Source: Minisyncoccota bacterium
GTDB lineage: Bacteria > Patescibacteriota > Minisyncoccia > Phycocordibacterales > CAJBRS01
DNA length: 64,000 bases
Direction: 5' to 3'
NCBI GenBank assembly: GCA_017881075.1
Contig: JADGRH010000001.1
Location: forward strand, 59,639-123,638
In this document: positions 37,236 through 47,113 of the stretch, in pieces
Position numbering within the stretch: the stretch's first letter is position 1
Layout: each line of letters starts with the position of its first letter
Made by a program: the position numbers and the translations under genes
The notes under the pieces: model-generated
Seen by the model: the letters and a program-made list of their open reading frames with translations, nothing else
Told to the model about the DNA's origin: nothing
Database searches by the model: none

Positions 37236-38897
37236 ATGAAAAATTTTTTTAGCGGAATCAAAATCTGGGTGGTCAAGCATAAAGTCATCAGTGCCATTAT
37301 AGTCATTGTTATTTTGGGCGGTGGCTATTGGAGTTATACGAAATTTTTTGTCGGTACACCAGCAACCCAATATGTTTTGGGGCAAGTTACCAAAGGAACG
37401 CTTATCTCATCTATTGACGGTACCGGCCAAGTCTCCGCCACTAATCAAATAGATTTAAAACCAAAAGTTTCCGCTAAGATTACCTCCATTTCCGTTAAAG
37501 CCGGACAGGAAGTGAAGCAAGGGGCGGTCATTGCTAGTCTAGATGCAGGGGATGCCTCAAAGGCTGTACGTGACGCAGAACTCAGTCTTCAAAGCGCCCA
37601 ATTATCTCTGGCTAAGCAAAATCAATCTTTGTCTCAGACTGATGTCAGGAAGGCTTATGACGATGGTTTTAATGCGGTAGGGAACTCATTCCTTGATTTG
37701 CCCGGAATGCTTACAAAATTAGAAGACCTGGTATATAACGGAAAGGGCTATCTTTCCAACAACTCAATTAATGCTTTAGGACAGGTTGCCCAAACATATA
37801 GTCAAACGGCTGTCGCTTCTTATTTCAAAACCAAGAAGAGCTACGACCAAAATTTAGTAGACTATAAACTCACTTCTCGCGATTCAGCGACCAGTACCAT
37901 TGAATCCTTAATTTCAGAAACCTATAATACCATTCAAGATTTATCGGAAGCCATTAAGGATGCTAATACCTTAGTGGATTATTTAAATACACAGTATGAT
38001 ACCCAGAATAAACCTCCCCAACTTATGATTGATCAGAGTAGTTTAAACACTTTTACTAATACCACCAACAGTCACGCAACTGCTCTTATAAATTCAAAAT
38101 CCAGTATTCAAAGTGCCACAGATGCCGTAGGCAACAATGGCCTAGATACTCAATCATCGGAGTTGACAGTGGCAGTGCGTCAAAATGCTCTGAACGATGC
38201 TCGAGAAAAATTGGCCGACTACACTATTCGAGCACCCTTTAGTGGCATTATTGGTAATGTTGTTGCCTCTCTTTCCGATGACGTTGGCCCATCTTCAGTA
38301 ATCGCCACTTTAGTGACAAAACAAAAAATTGCCGTTATTCAATTAAATGAAGTAGACGAGGCGAAGATCGCTTTGGGTAATAAAGCCACCTTAACCTTTG
38401 ACGCTCTTCCGGATCTCTCCTTGACTGGCACGGTGGAAGAAATTGAGAATGTTGGAGTGCTTTCACAAGGAGTAGTGACCTACAATATTAAAATTACATT
38501 TGACACTCAAGACGACAGGGTTAAACCAACCATGACTGTTTCAGCTTCCATCATCACTGATTCCAAAGAAGGAGTATTAATGGTTCCAAGTTCGGCTGTT
38601 AAGACTGATGCCAACGGAGGGAAATACGTTCAGGAAATTGCCGGAGCATCCGCCGGAGCCGGAAATGTTTCGACTAAGACTGCTCCACAATCGGTTGCAG
38701 TGGAAGTTGGCAACTCCAATGATACAGATACGGAAATAGTTTCCGGATTGAATGAGGGCGATACGATTGTCATTAGATCAATTGCCTCTAGCGCCACAAC
38801 CGCAGTCGCTTCTGCGCCCAGCCTCTTTGGCGGCAGTACCGGTGGAAACAGAGGAGGAACCACCGGAGCAACCACCAGAGCTCTTCGTTCAAATTAA
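37236..38897 (+). CDS. Periplasmic adaptor / membrane fusion protein (MacA/HlyD family) with Gly-rich C-terminal tail
   Basis: N-terminal TM, lipoyl-like 'ISVKAGQEVKQGAVIASLD', coiled coil, 'IRAPFSGIIGNV' beta-barrel motif. Confidence 0.7.
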   Translation: MKNFFSGIKIWVVKHKVISAIIVIVILGGGYWSYTKFFVGTPATQYVLGQVTKGTLISSIDGTGQVSATNQIDLKPKVSAKITSISVKAGQEVKQGAVIASLDAGDASKAVRDAELSLQSAQLSLAKQNQSLSQTDVRKAYDDGFNAVGNSFLDLPGMLTKLEDLVYNGKGYLSNNSINALGQVAQTYSQTAVASYFKTKKSYDQNLVDYKLTSRDSATSTIESLISETYNTIQDLSEAIKDANTLVDYLNTQYDTQNKPPQLMIDQSSLNTFTNTTNSHATALINSKSSIQSATDAVGNNGLDTQSSELTVAVRQNALNDAREKLADYTIRAPFSGIIGNVVASLSDDVGPSSVIATLVTKQKIAVIQLNEVDEAKIALGNKATLTFDALPDLSLTGTVEEIENVGVLSQGVVTYNIKITFDTQDDRVKPTMTVSASIITDSKEGVLMVPSSAVKTDANGGKYVQEIAGASAGAGNVSTKTAPQSVAVEVGNSNDTDTEIVSGLNEGDTIVIRSIASSATTAVASAPSLFGGSTGGNRGGTTGATTRALRSN

Positions 38898-38900
38898 ATA

Positions 38901-39605
38901 ATGATTGAATGCAAAGACATCACTAAAATCTACAAAAACGGTGACAACGAAACGGTTGCTCTGAAAGATGTCTCTTTATCTATTAATGATGGTGAATTCG
39001 TGGCGATCATGGGACCGTCAGGATCCGGCAAATCAACCCTAATGCATATTTTAGGAGCTCTTGATACACCCACTTCCGGCACTTATTTTCTGGATGGCGA
39101 AGATGTATCTAAACTTTCTGACGATGAATTGGCCGATATTAGAGCCAAAAAAATCGGCTTTGTTTTTCAAACTTTTAATTTACTTTCCCGAGCAACAGTG
39201 ATGAGAAATGTAATGTTGCCGTTAGTCTACTCCAATGTGGATGAGGCGGCGCGGAAGGAAAGGAGCGCCGCCGCTCTTCGGTCGGCAGGTCTTCCTGAAG
39301 ATCGTTGGCAACATCGGTCCAATCAACTCTCCGGTGGCCAGATCCAACGAGTAGCCATCGCCAGAGCTTTGGTTAATGACCCATCCGTAATTATGGCCGA
39401 TGAGCCAACCGGAAATCTTGATACTAAGACCGGTCAGATTGTCCTAGGCACATTTGAGAGACTGAACAAGGAGCACGGGCGAACTATTGTTCTCATCACT
39501 CACGAAGTAGAAGTGGCAGAATATGCTGATCGCATCATTTATATCAGGGATGGAATGATCACTGAAGATAAGAAAAGCCATAAGAAGCGAAAAGCACATA
39601 TATGA
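38901..39605 (+). CDS. ABC transporter ATP-binding protein (MacB/LolD-type)
   Basis: Walker A 'GPSGSGKST', signature '[15 protein letters not shown]', Walker B '[12 protein letters not shown]'. Confidence 0.9.
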   Translation: MIECKDITKIYKNGDNETVALKDVSLSINDGEFVAIMGPSGSGKSTLMHILGALDTPTSGTYFLDGEDVSKLSDDELADIRAKKIGFVFQTFNLLSRATVMRNVMLPLVYSNVDEAARKERSAAALRSAGLPEDRWQHRSNQLSGGQIQRVAIARALVNDPSVIMADEPTGNLDTKTGQIVLGTFERLNKEHGRTIVLITHEVEVAEYADRIIYIRDGMITEDKKSHKKRKAHI

Positions 39606-40813
39606 CCATAAGAGATCTATTTAACGAAACTTCTTCCGCCTTGCTTAGCAATAAAGTCAGATCGTCTTTGACCATGCTCGGTATTGTTATTGGTATTGCT
39701 TCAGTCATTGCTATGCTCGCTATCGGTAATGGAGCTAAGGTTCAAATCCAATCAAGCATTGAAGGTCTAGGGTCAAATCTTTTAACTATTCTGCCTGGAG
39801 TGGTTCAGCCGGGTCGTGGCATTGTCTCTAGTGGTCGTGGCGCCGCTCAGACCCTGAAGACAGACGATATTGCCGTCATTGCGTCTGTTGATGGTATTAG
39901 CGCTATCTCTCCAGAGAACTCTCGTCGCTTCCAGATAGTGTCTCAAGTCGGTAATAATACCAATACTACTGTCACAGGAGGGCTCTCTGCCTATGCCACT
40001 ATTCATAATCTAGTAATATCAGAAGGTACATTTATCACCGATGAGTCGGAACGAAGCATCCGCCGCCAAGCCGTACTGGGCGCTACTGTCGCCACAGACC
40101 TCTTTGGTGATGTGGATCCTCTTGGCAAGACTGTTCGAGTAAACAATGTCCTCTTCACGGTTATTGGAATATTGCAGAAAAAAGGTGGGGTTGGTTTTTC
40201 CGGTCCGGATGATATGGTCATTGTGCCGCTCTCGGCCATGCAAAAAATTCTAACCGGGGATGATTATTTCTCCACTATTACTGTTAGTGTCGCCGACAAA
40301 AATAATACCAATAATATTCGTGACGAGATAACTTCTGCGCTGATGGCGAAACATCGCGTAGCTGAAGCCGACTTTTCTATTATCTCTCAAGAAGATATCT
40401 TGGGAGCACTCTCTCAAGTAGTAAATACCTTCACTCTATTTCTTGCTTCAATTGCCGGTATTTCTCTATTGGTGGGGGGTATCGGTATTATGAATATGAT
40501 GCTTACTACAGTTACAGAAAGAACCAGGGAGATTGGTTTAAGAAAGGCCGTAGGAGCAAAGAGCAAGGATATCAACAATCAATTTCTGACTGAGGCCATC
40601 TTGCTTACTTTTGTCGGAGGAGTGGTCGGAGTAATTCTCGGTTGGGTTGTGGCTTTTGGTGTATCATCTACTGGGATAGTAAATGCCCAAATCAGCCTTT
40701 TCTCCGTAATTTTGGCTTTCGGTGTCTCTGCCGTCATCGGTATCGCCTTCGGATATTATCCAGCCAGACGTGCGGCCAATCTTAATCCAATTGAAGCATT
40801 GAGGTATGAATAA
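39602..40813 (+). CDS. ABC transporter permease (MacB-type periplasmic domain + FtsX domain)
   Basis: N-terminal TM, large periplasmic domain, C-terminal 3-TM FtsX-like region ('GGIGIMNMMLTTVTERTREIGLRKAVGA'). Confidence 0.8.
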   Translation: MTIRDLFNETSSALLSNKVRSSLTMLGIVIGIASVIAMLAIGNGAKVQIQSSIEGLGSNLLTILPGVVQPGRGIVSSGRGAAQTLKTDDIAVIASVDGISAISPENSRRFQIVSQVGNNTNTTVTGGLSAYATIHNLVISEGTFITDESERSIRRQAVLGATVATDLFGDVDPLGKTVRVNNVLFTVIGILQKKGGVGFSGPDDMVIVPLSAMQKILTGDDYFSTITVSVADKNNTNNIRDEITSALMAKHRVAEADFSIISQEDILGALSQVVNTFTLFLASIAGISLLVGGIGIMNMMLTTVTERTREIGLRKAVGAKSKDINNQFLTEAILLTFVGGVVGVILGWVVAFGVSSTGIVNAQISLFSVILAFGVSAVIGIAFGYYPARRAANLNPIEALRYE

Positions 40814-40854
40814 CAGAGCTATAATGTTCAAAATTATTAATAAAAATTTATAAA

Positions 40855-41292
40855 ATGAATAAAAATAAATCAATAGGGTTCATAATAATCGGGTTAGTAA
40901 TTGCTGCCGGCCTCTTTTATGGCGGGCTGAAATATGGAGAAGCTCATGCACAGCCTGTGGCGGGAGCGTTCGCTCGTGGAGCAGGGGGAGCTGGTGCCAA
41001 TTTTGCCGGCCGGCAGACCGCAGGTGGCGGAGCACGGGCTGGTGCGAACGGCGGCCTGGTTCTAGGTCAGATCTTAAATAAGGATAGCCAGAGTATTACT
41101 ATCGGTCTCTCGGGAGGTGGTTCAAAAATCGTTTTTCTGGCCACTTCTACACCCATAACGAAATCAGTATCAGGATCTCGGAATGATCTTCAAACAGGAA
41201 CAACAGTTTCGGTTATCGGCAGTGCTAATTCAGACGGTAGTGTCACTGCACAATCAATTCAAATTAGAACAGCTACTTCAACACCAAGATAA
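40855..41292 (+). CDS. Hypothetical secreted Gly/Ala-rich protein
   Basis: Signal-anchor, G/A-rich low-complexity region, then a small beta-rich C-terminal region. Confidence 0.4.
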   Translation: MNKNKSIGFIIIGLVIAAGLFYGGLKYGEAHAQPVAGAFARGAGGAGANFAGRQTAGGGARAGANGGLVLGQILNKDSQSITIGLSGGGSKIVFLATSTPITKSVSGSRNDLQTGTTVSVIGSANSDGSVTAQSIQIRTATSTPR

Positions 41293-42115
41293 TTAACGAA
41301 AGAAGTCCGGCCAGGATGCAGTAAATGGCAAAAGGTTTAAGAGTGTGAGTTTTAAAATATTTAGTCAGGAATCGAATGGAAAAGTAGGCAGCTATGGCGG
41401 CCGATATAAAACCAGCAAGAATTGGACTATACACAGTTTGATCGGCCTGTATTAATTGCGGCAATTTTAATACGGCGGCAGCCAATATAATTGGTGTTGC
41501 CAGCAGAAAAGAAAAGCGGGCGGCGGCCTCGTGATCAAGGCCAGAAAGGAGACCTCCGCCGAGGCTCGCTCCGGTTCGGGAAAAACCGGGCAAAAGTGCT
41601 ATGGCCTCTGAAAGACCGATTCCCAAAGTATTTTTCCAGGAAAGTTTGGCGATTTCCTCGTCCGGCCGACTACCCTCTATTTTTCTATGCCTGATTTTTT
41701 CCATCAGAAATAGCATCAGGCCGTTCAAAATCAGAAAGATGGCAATAATGAAGGAAGAAGCAAAGAGGCTTCTGAATTGCTTTTCAAAAAGCAATCCTAA
41801 AATACCGGCTGGAATAGTAGCGACGATGATAAACCAGGAAAGTTTCTCATAAGTATCCGTAATTTTTCTCTTTCCAATTGAACGAAAAAATCCTCGAATA
41901 ATCAAGAGCCAGTCTTTATAGAAAAAGACCAATAGAACTAAGGCGGTAGCCAGATGAGTAGCCACTAAGAAAATGAGGAAAAAGTTATTACTCTCATTGA
42001 TTGGCCAATTTAAAATTGCCGGCAGAAGGACACCATGCCCAAGACTGGAGATTGGAAAAAGTTCTGTCACCCCCTGAACCAACCCCAAAATTATTGCTTG
42101 AGTAAAGCTAATCAC
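41273..42115 (-). CDS. uppP: Undecaprenyl-diphosphatase (BacA/UppP)
   Basis: 'QGVTELFPISSLGHGVL' and 'SRTGASL' conserved BacA motifs. Polytopic membrane protein. Confidence 0.85.
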   Translation of the reverse strand: MISFTQAIILGLVQGVTELFPISSLGHGVLLPAILNWPINESNNFFLIFLVATHLATALVLLVFFYKDWLLIIRGFFRSIGKRKITDTYEKLSWFIIVATIPAGILGLLFEKQFRSLFASSFIIAIFLILNGLMLFLMEKIRHRKIEGSRPDEEIAKLSWKNTLGIGLSEAIALLPGFSRTGASLGGGLLSGLDHEAAARFSFLLATPIILAAAVLKLPQLIQADQTVYSPILAGFISAAIAAYFSIRFLTKYFKTHTLKPFAIYCILAGLLSLIILVLK

Positions 42116-42143
42116 CCCTCTATTTTATCACTTCCTAGCGAAC

Positions 42144-42683
42144 ATGCTAGAATTATGTATGGCTAAGATAACTATTGATGGGTTGGCAGGAACGGGGAAG
42201 AGCACGGCCACCAAGATGTTGGCCGAAAAGCTCGGCTACCAGTTCTCCTCAAGTGGTGATTTTATAAGAATGCAGGCAAAAGAGCTTGGTCTTTCTATTC
42301 ACCAATTCGATGATTTGGCCAGAACCGACTCTAAGTATGATATTACACGGGACAAAATGGTAGAAAAATACGGAAAGATCCACAATGATTTTATTGTCGA
42401 GGGTAGATTAGGTTGGAAATTTATTCCCGATGCCCATAAAGTAAAATTGCACTGCGATTTTGACGCAAGGGTGCGAAGGGCGGCTGACCGAGATGGTCTT
42501 GATTTTGAAACGGCTAAACGACACACTATTCAGCGGGAAGAAGCCATTGCGGACAGATTTTTTCGTTATTATGGAATTGAAAATGCCATCGACGATTCTC
42601 ATTTTGATTTGATTATAGATACTACCAATACAAAAAAAGGTGAGGCAATGGAAATAATTTGCCGCCATTTCAACCTAAAATAA
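42144..42683 (+). CDS. Cytidylate kinase-like P-loop kinase
   Basis: 'ITIDGLAGTGKSTATKMLAEKLGY' P-loop, with LID/NMP regions consistent with a short CMP-kinase-like protein. Confidence 0.5.
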   Translation: MLELCMAKITIDGLAGTGKSTATKMLAEKLGYQFSSSGDFIRMQAKELGLSIHQFDDLARTDSKYDITRDKMVEKYGKIHNDFIVEGRLGWKFIPDAHKVKLHCDFDARVRRAADRDGLDFETAKRHTIQREEAIADRFFRYYGIENAIDDSHFDLIIDTTNTKKGEAMEIICRHFNLK

Positions 42684-42796
42684 GTCAAAAATCTACAACC
42701 GGGTTATCCCCACCCCTCCTATTGACTACCCCCCCCTTATGCTATTCTTATAGGTGAGGGAAGTAACTCTAAACTTTATTAATAAATATTTTTTCT

Positions 42797-44692
42797 ATGT
42801 CTAAAAATCATTTCAGACTGATTTTATCAGTTTTCTTTATAAGTGCTTTCTTTTTGGCCCATGGAGCTCTGGCGGCGACCCACCCTACACCAGTCTTTAC
42901 AGTGGATATGCATGATTACACTTACCCGCCTGAAGCTTCTACTGATGCCAACACTGGCGGGCAGGTTAGTGGTCTCCAGAACTTTTTGACAACCACTGGT
43001 TATTTCCACGGCCCAGTCAGCGGATATTTCGGTTCTGTCACCAAGACCGCCGTTGTAAACTTTCAAGTAGGCAACTGTATTGATCCTGCTTCTGGATATG
43101 TTGGGTCTGTCACCCGCGCAAGAATTGCCACTGGAAATTATGTAAACGGAGGCCCTAATCCTACAACTTGCGTTCCTGCTCCCTCTAATCCATTTATCCA
43201 AATCTATTCTCCAAATGGGGGAGAGCACTTAGTAAGCGGACAAACAGCCAACATCTCCTGGAATGCTCACAATATTCCACTTGGGGCAACACTCTCTCTA
43301 GGCTTAATACCTGTAGGAGCGCCTTGCAGTCCTCTTCCTTGTGTTGGTACTATGATGCTTATAACTACCCTTCATAATGATTCAGGTCAATACACTAATT
43401 CTGCTAGCTATGATTGGTTAGTGCCGATTATGCCTGGTCCTCAACAGTACAATATTAATATTATTGTTCGGCAAGGTAATAATCCAGAGACTCTTGCATC
43501 CGACCAGACAGATGCGCCATTTACTATCGGACCACTAACTACGACAGGACCTCACATCTCTTTTCTTTCTTCGGTCTCTGGTCGAGCCGGCAGTCAACTG
43601 ACGATTTACGGATCGGGATTTGCGCCGACATATAATACCGTTAACTTTATTGGCCCGCCTCCTTTGGGTGCTGGCCTTGCTGTATTACCATCAAACGGAA
43701 CATCTATAACGGTCACTGTGCCAAATATTGCAAATCTTCCACCGGGCATATATATGGTTGCTGTCTCGCATGATCCAGACAATTCGCCAAGCAACCTAAT
43801 GACTTTTGTCGTGCTCTCTAGTAATCAAACAGGATCTCCGGTCATCTCTTCTCTTTCTCCCAACCCTGCCCCTGTGGAGTCATCAGTAGATATTATTGGC
43901 TCAGGTCAAATAATTAGCGGCATCTTTTATCCCGTCTTAACAGACAATGGTTGTCCTGCAGTAATACTCCCGATTCATTTCAGCCCGACTACCGGAAGAC
44001 CAATATTCGACGTCCCGTTTCATTATGGGTGCTCGAACGGCTATCACCCGGTCGTCCCAGGCAACTACATCGTCCAGGGACTAGACACCAATAACTGGAA
44101 GATAAGCAATGCGGTCAATTTTGTGGTTAATGCTGGAACTGTGACGACCTGTATTCCGTACACCACTCCGGGTGTCCAGTATACTTGTGCGCCTTCATAT
44201 TCTTACATCGATCCTTCTTTTGGTCCGGTAGGCAGCACAGTTTATCTATATGGCTCAAACTTCAACCCAAACACTTTTGTCGCCCTTGATGGAAGCTATG
44301 GACAATCGATTACTCCAACCTTAATATCCTCTACTACTCTCCGTTTTATCATTCCATCAAACACCAGTCTTGGCACGCACCTTGTTCAAGTCAATGATAG
44401 AGCGTCAAGTTTTTCTTTGAGTGGCTACGGTAACTTCACTGTCACCTCCGGGCCTGCTCCTACTCCTCCGCAGAAAGACCCAATTACTACAGTCAAACCA
44501 GCTCCAAGTGTCACCCCCAGCACTTCAGCCACACCAAAATCAAATGACTCGGCTAATAAGATGCAGACAGCCAATGTTATTGATTCCTTGAACAATCTGG
44601 TCAACATAGCTAATGGAAATAATATGACAGCGGAAGTGCGTAGTGCTATCAATCTATTGTTGAGAAATTTGCAGATATTTGGCAGGTATTAG
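42797..44692 (+). CDS. Secreted cell-surface protein with an N-terminal peptidoglycan-binding-like domain and multiple IPT/TIG-like Ig-fold repeats
   Basis: Signal peptide. 'LQNFLTTTGYFHGPVSGYFGSVTKTAVVNFQ' resembles PG_binding_1. Repeated 'I..ISP..G..G..VTI.GSGF' IPT-like modules. PT-rich stalk near the C-terminus. Confidence 0.5.
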   Translation: MSKNHFRLILSVFFISAFFLAHGALAATHPTPVFTVDMHDYTYPPEASTDANTGGQVSGLQNFLTTTGYFHGPVSGYFGSVTKTAVVNFQVGNCIDPASGYVGSVTRARIATGNYVNGGPNPTTCVPAPSNPFIQIYSPNGGEHLVSGQTANISWNAHNIPLGATLSLGLIPVGAPCSPLPCVGTMMLITTLHNDSGQYTNSASYDWLVPIMPGPQQYNINIIVRQGNNPETLASDQTDAPFTIGPLTTTGPHISFLSSVSGRAGSQLTIYGSGFAPTYNTVNFIGPPPLGAGLAVLPSNGTSITVTVPNIANLPPGIYMVAVSHDPDNSPSNLMTFVVLSSNQTGSPVISSLSPNPAPVESSVDIIGSGQIISGIFYPVLTDNGCPAVILPIHFSPTTGRPIFDVPFHYGCSNGYHPVVPGNYIVQGLDTNNWKISNAVNFVVNAGTVTTCIPYTTPGVQYTCAPSYSYIDPSFGPVGSTVYLYGSNFNPNTFVALDGSYGQSITPTLISSTTLRFIIPSNTSLGTHLVQVNDRASSFSLSGYGNFTVTSGPAPTPPQKDPITTVKPAPSVTPSTSATPKSNDSANKMQTANVIDSLNNLVNIANGNNMTAEVRSAINLLLRNLQIFGRY

Positions 44693-44705
44693 AAAGGATT
44701 CTATT

Positions 44706-44737
44706 AAAAAAACGCCGCCCAAAAGGCGGCGTTTTTT
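44706..44737. terminator. Bidirectional Rho-independent terminator
   Basis: aaaaaaa-cgccgcc-caaaa-ggcggcg-tttttt between convergent genes. Confidence 0.8.
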
Positions 44738-44743
44738 GTTAAT

Positions 44744-45145
44744 TTATTCCTTTCTCCTCAACTCAATCTCTTCTTTTGATAAATCAAATTTAACCACAAA
44801 ATGTTCAAAGAATCCTTTTTGACCAAGTATTCCATACGGCACAACACTTCCAGAAACGTTAGGCATAAATCCTGCATCAATCTCAAAAGGCCAGCCACCA
44901 ACCATGATACTAATTCGGTGTAAGTAATAAATAGAAACTTTTCCTCCAACTCCAAAAACTTCCTCCGGTCTGCCACTTGTCAAATCAATACCAAGCAGGT
45001 CTCCAATATTAGAGTGAAAAATACATATATCAGAACCGGAATCTATCAAAACATCGTACGGAACAGTTCTATCATTATAGGTAAGTTCAATAGGAATAAC
45101 TGGCCGCAATATTTGCGACCCATAGTTCTTGTATCGAAATTTCAT
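44744..45145 (-). CDS. Retropepsin-like (clan AA) aspartic protease
   Basis: 'VLIDSGSDICIFHSNIGDLLGI' D-S/T-G active-site pattern in a ~130-aa protein. Start placed at the internal Met, which overlaps the upstream gene's stop (ATGA). Confidence 0.55.
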   Translation of the reverse strand: MKFRYKNYGSQILRPVIPIELTYNDRTVPYDVLIDSGSDICIFHSNIGDLLGIDLTSGRPEEVFGVGGKVSIYYLHRISIMVGGWPFEIDAGFMPNVSGSVVPYGILGQKGFFEHFVVKFDLSKEEIELRRKE

Positions 45146-45339
45146 AGTGCACCAATGTATGTCGCCAGCGTTTCCGGCATGCGAGTAAGAATAGGTTTTT
45201 TGTAACCATTCTTTTGAGCCTTCTCCCAAGCTTCTTTTGCGGTCTTGCCACTTCCCACAACCGTGATCTCATCTTTCTTAAGTGCCACCCACAAGCCTTT
45301 ATATTTTTTATATATTTTAGTCCAATCTATAGCTGTCAT
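45142..45339 (-). CDS. Small hypothetical protein encoded upstream of, and translationally coupled to, the retropepsin-like gene
   Basis: 65-aa ORF 'MTAIDWTKIYKKYKGLWVALKKDEITVVGSGKTAKEAWEKAQKNGYKKPILTRMPE...'. Its stop TGA overlaps the ATG of the next gene. Confidence 0.45.
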   Translation of the reverse strand: MTAIDWTKIYKKYKGLWVALKKDEITVVGSGKTAKEAWEKAQKNGYKKPILTRMPETLATYIGAL

Positions 45340-45590
45340 AGTTACGTTATATCAAAATTAAGGATAATTCTCAAGACGTTCGACCGAGACACTATGATAA
45401 AGATCACAGATGAATTTTCGCCAAAGGAAAGATAAAGAAAAAAGCTTCTACTGAGACTTATTTTACACACAGGATTATCCACAGCCAATTTTTTCGGTCT
45501 TCAAAAAAGCCATTTTCTCTGGTATGATTATATAGTTAGTTAAAAGTAAGGGTCGATTTAATTACAAACTTAAATACAAACCCAATCTAT

Positions 45591-45968
45591 ATGGCAAAGA
45601 ATTTAGCTGTTATTTTTGGAGTAGTATTTGTTCTTGTCGGCCTTTTGGGCTTTATTGGCGGAGTTGGTATTGTCGGACCAAATGGCACTTTTGCCACCGA
45701 CACTGTCCACGATCTTATTCACTTCCTTTCTGGTGTGATTATGTTGATTGTGGCCTTTTCCGCTCCTCAGTCTTCTGCTGGAGTTCTGAAGGTCTTCGGT
45801 ATCATCTATCTCTTAGTCACCCTGCTCGGATTTCTCACTCCCGGTCTGCTTGGTAGCCTAATGCTTTCTAACGGAACTGATAATTGGCTACATTTAGTGC
45901 TAGGCGTCGTTATCACTTGGGCTGGCTTTAGTGGCGCAAACAACACCAGCGCTCCGATGACAGCGTAA
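45591..45968 (+). CDS. Hypothetical small membrane protein (3-4 TM)
   Basis: Hydrophobic profile. No catalytic motif. Confidence 0.45.
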   Translation: MAKNLAVIFGVVFVLVGLLGFIGGVGIVGPNGTFATDTVHDLIHFLSGVIMLIVAFSAPQSSAGVLKVFGIIYLLVTLLGFLTPGLLGSLMLSNGTDNWLHLVLGVVITWAGFSGANNTSAPMTA

Positions 45969-45999
45969 GCAATTTTTCTCACTAGAAATTTTTTAGAGA

Positions 46000-46037
46000 C
46001 CCACCCCGTCGCTTCAAAACGACGGGGTGGGTTTTTA
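46000..46037 (+). terminator. Rho-independent terminator
   Basis: acccaccccgtcg-cttcaaaac-gacggggtgggt followed by ttttt. Confidence 0.75.
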
Positions 46038-46245
46038 TGATATTATAAAATGGATGGAAATAAAAAACATTGATCATTACGTTTGTGCCGGAGAGTGCCG
46101 GAGCGAATCGGAAAAGCCCGCCACCTGTGTTGTTAAAAGCTGCTCAAAATATGGAGAACCTCTGGTTTCCTGCACTTGTGCCGATGGTCGTCACAAGGAA
46201 GTTTGGGATAAGGAACTGCCTTCGCCGACGAGGGATGGGTTTTGA
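46027..46245 (+). CDS. Small Cys-rich hypothetical protein (7 Cys in 72 aa)
   Basis: ORF separated from the CAP-domain gene by 3 nt. Its start is embedded in the terminator T-run, so its reality is uncertain. Confidence 0.25.
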   Translation: MGFYDIIKWMEIKNIDHYVCAGECRSESEKPATCVVKSCSKYGEPLVSCTCADGRHKEVWDKELPSPTRDGF

Positions 46246-46248
46246 AAT

Positions 46249-47106
46249 ATGAACTTTCTCCGACCATTAGGCTTCCTATCCTTAATCGTTCTCGTGGGGT
46301 TTTTTCTCCAACACTACCATTTCAACTTTACCGATTTCAAAAATACTACCAGCGCTCTTGAACAGAAAGTTCAGCAAAAAGTAGAAGAGAATCTGCCTCC
46401 ACCGCTCCGCGGCGGCTCCTCTATCACTCCTCCCCAAAGCGGAACGATCAGCCGCTCCGGCATCATCGCTACCACTAACAAGGAAAGGGCCAAAAATGGG
46501 GGCTTCTCCGCGCTCACAGAAAATGCCAAACTTGATGCTGCTGCGGCTGCCAAGGTAACAGACATGTTCGCCAATCAATATTTTGAACACACTTCTCCGA
46601 GTGGTAAGGGGCCAGCGGACCTGGCGAATGCACAGGGCTACTCCTACATTCTCATCGGCGAGAATTTGGCACTCGGCAATTTTACCGACAATCAGGATTT
46701 ACTGACCGCTTGGATGAATAGCCCGGGACATCGGGCCAACATTTTGAATAATCGTTTTATTGAAATGGGAGCGGCGGCCACAATGGGAATGTATGAGGGA
46801 AGAAAAGTATGGTTGGCAGTTCAGGAGTTTGGTTTGCCCCTGTCTTCTTGCCCATCAATTAATTCTAATCTTGAAGCAAGGATCCAAATAATGAAGAACG
46901 ATCTTGATATTAAGGTGGCCGCCCTTCAAGCAAAGAAAAAGGATATTGACAATACCTATCCAAAATCCGGCGATACTTATAATCAAAAGGCGGCAGAATA
47001 CAACCAAATGATAGCTGATTACAACGCTGAAGTGAAAGAAACCAGAACTGATATTGATACTTACAACAAAGGAGTCAAGGCTTTTAATAATTGTGCTCAA
47101 ACCTAA
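46249..47106 (+). CDS. CAP/SCP/PR-1 domain secreted protein with C-terminal coiled coil
   Basis: 'YFEHTSPSGKGPADLA...GENLALG...NSPGHRANIL' CAP-domain signatures. N-terminal signal anchor. Confidence 0.7.
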   Translation: MNFLRPLGFLSLIVLVGFFLQHYHFNFTDFKNTTSALEQKVQQKVEENLPPPLRGGSSITPPQSGTISRSGIIATTNKERAKNGGFSALTENAKLDAAAAAKVTDMFANQYFEHTSPSGKGPADLANAQGYSYILIGENLALGNFTDNQDLLTAWMNSPGHRANILNNRFIEMGAAATMGMYEGRKVWLAVQEFGLPLSSCPSINSNLEARIQIMKNDLDIKVAALQAKKKDIDNTYPKSGDTYNQKAAEYNQMIADYNAEVKETRTDIDTYNKGVKAFNNCAQT

Positions 47107-47113
47107 GATCTAA

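Noticed and set aside
46027-46245. Treating the small Cys-rich ORF as a confident gene
   Set aside because: Its ATG lies inside the T-tract of the upstream terminator, and it has no recognisable fold. It is kept only as a low-confidence feature.
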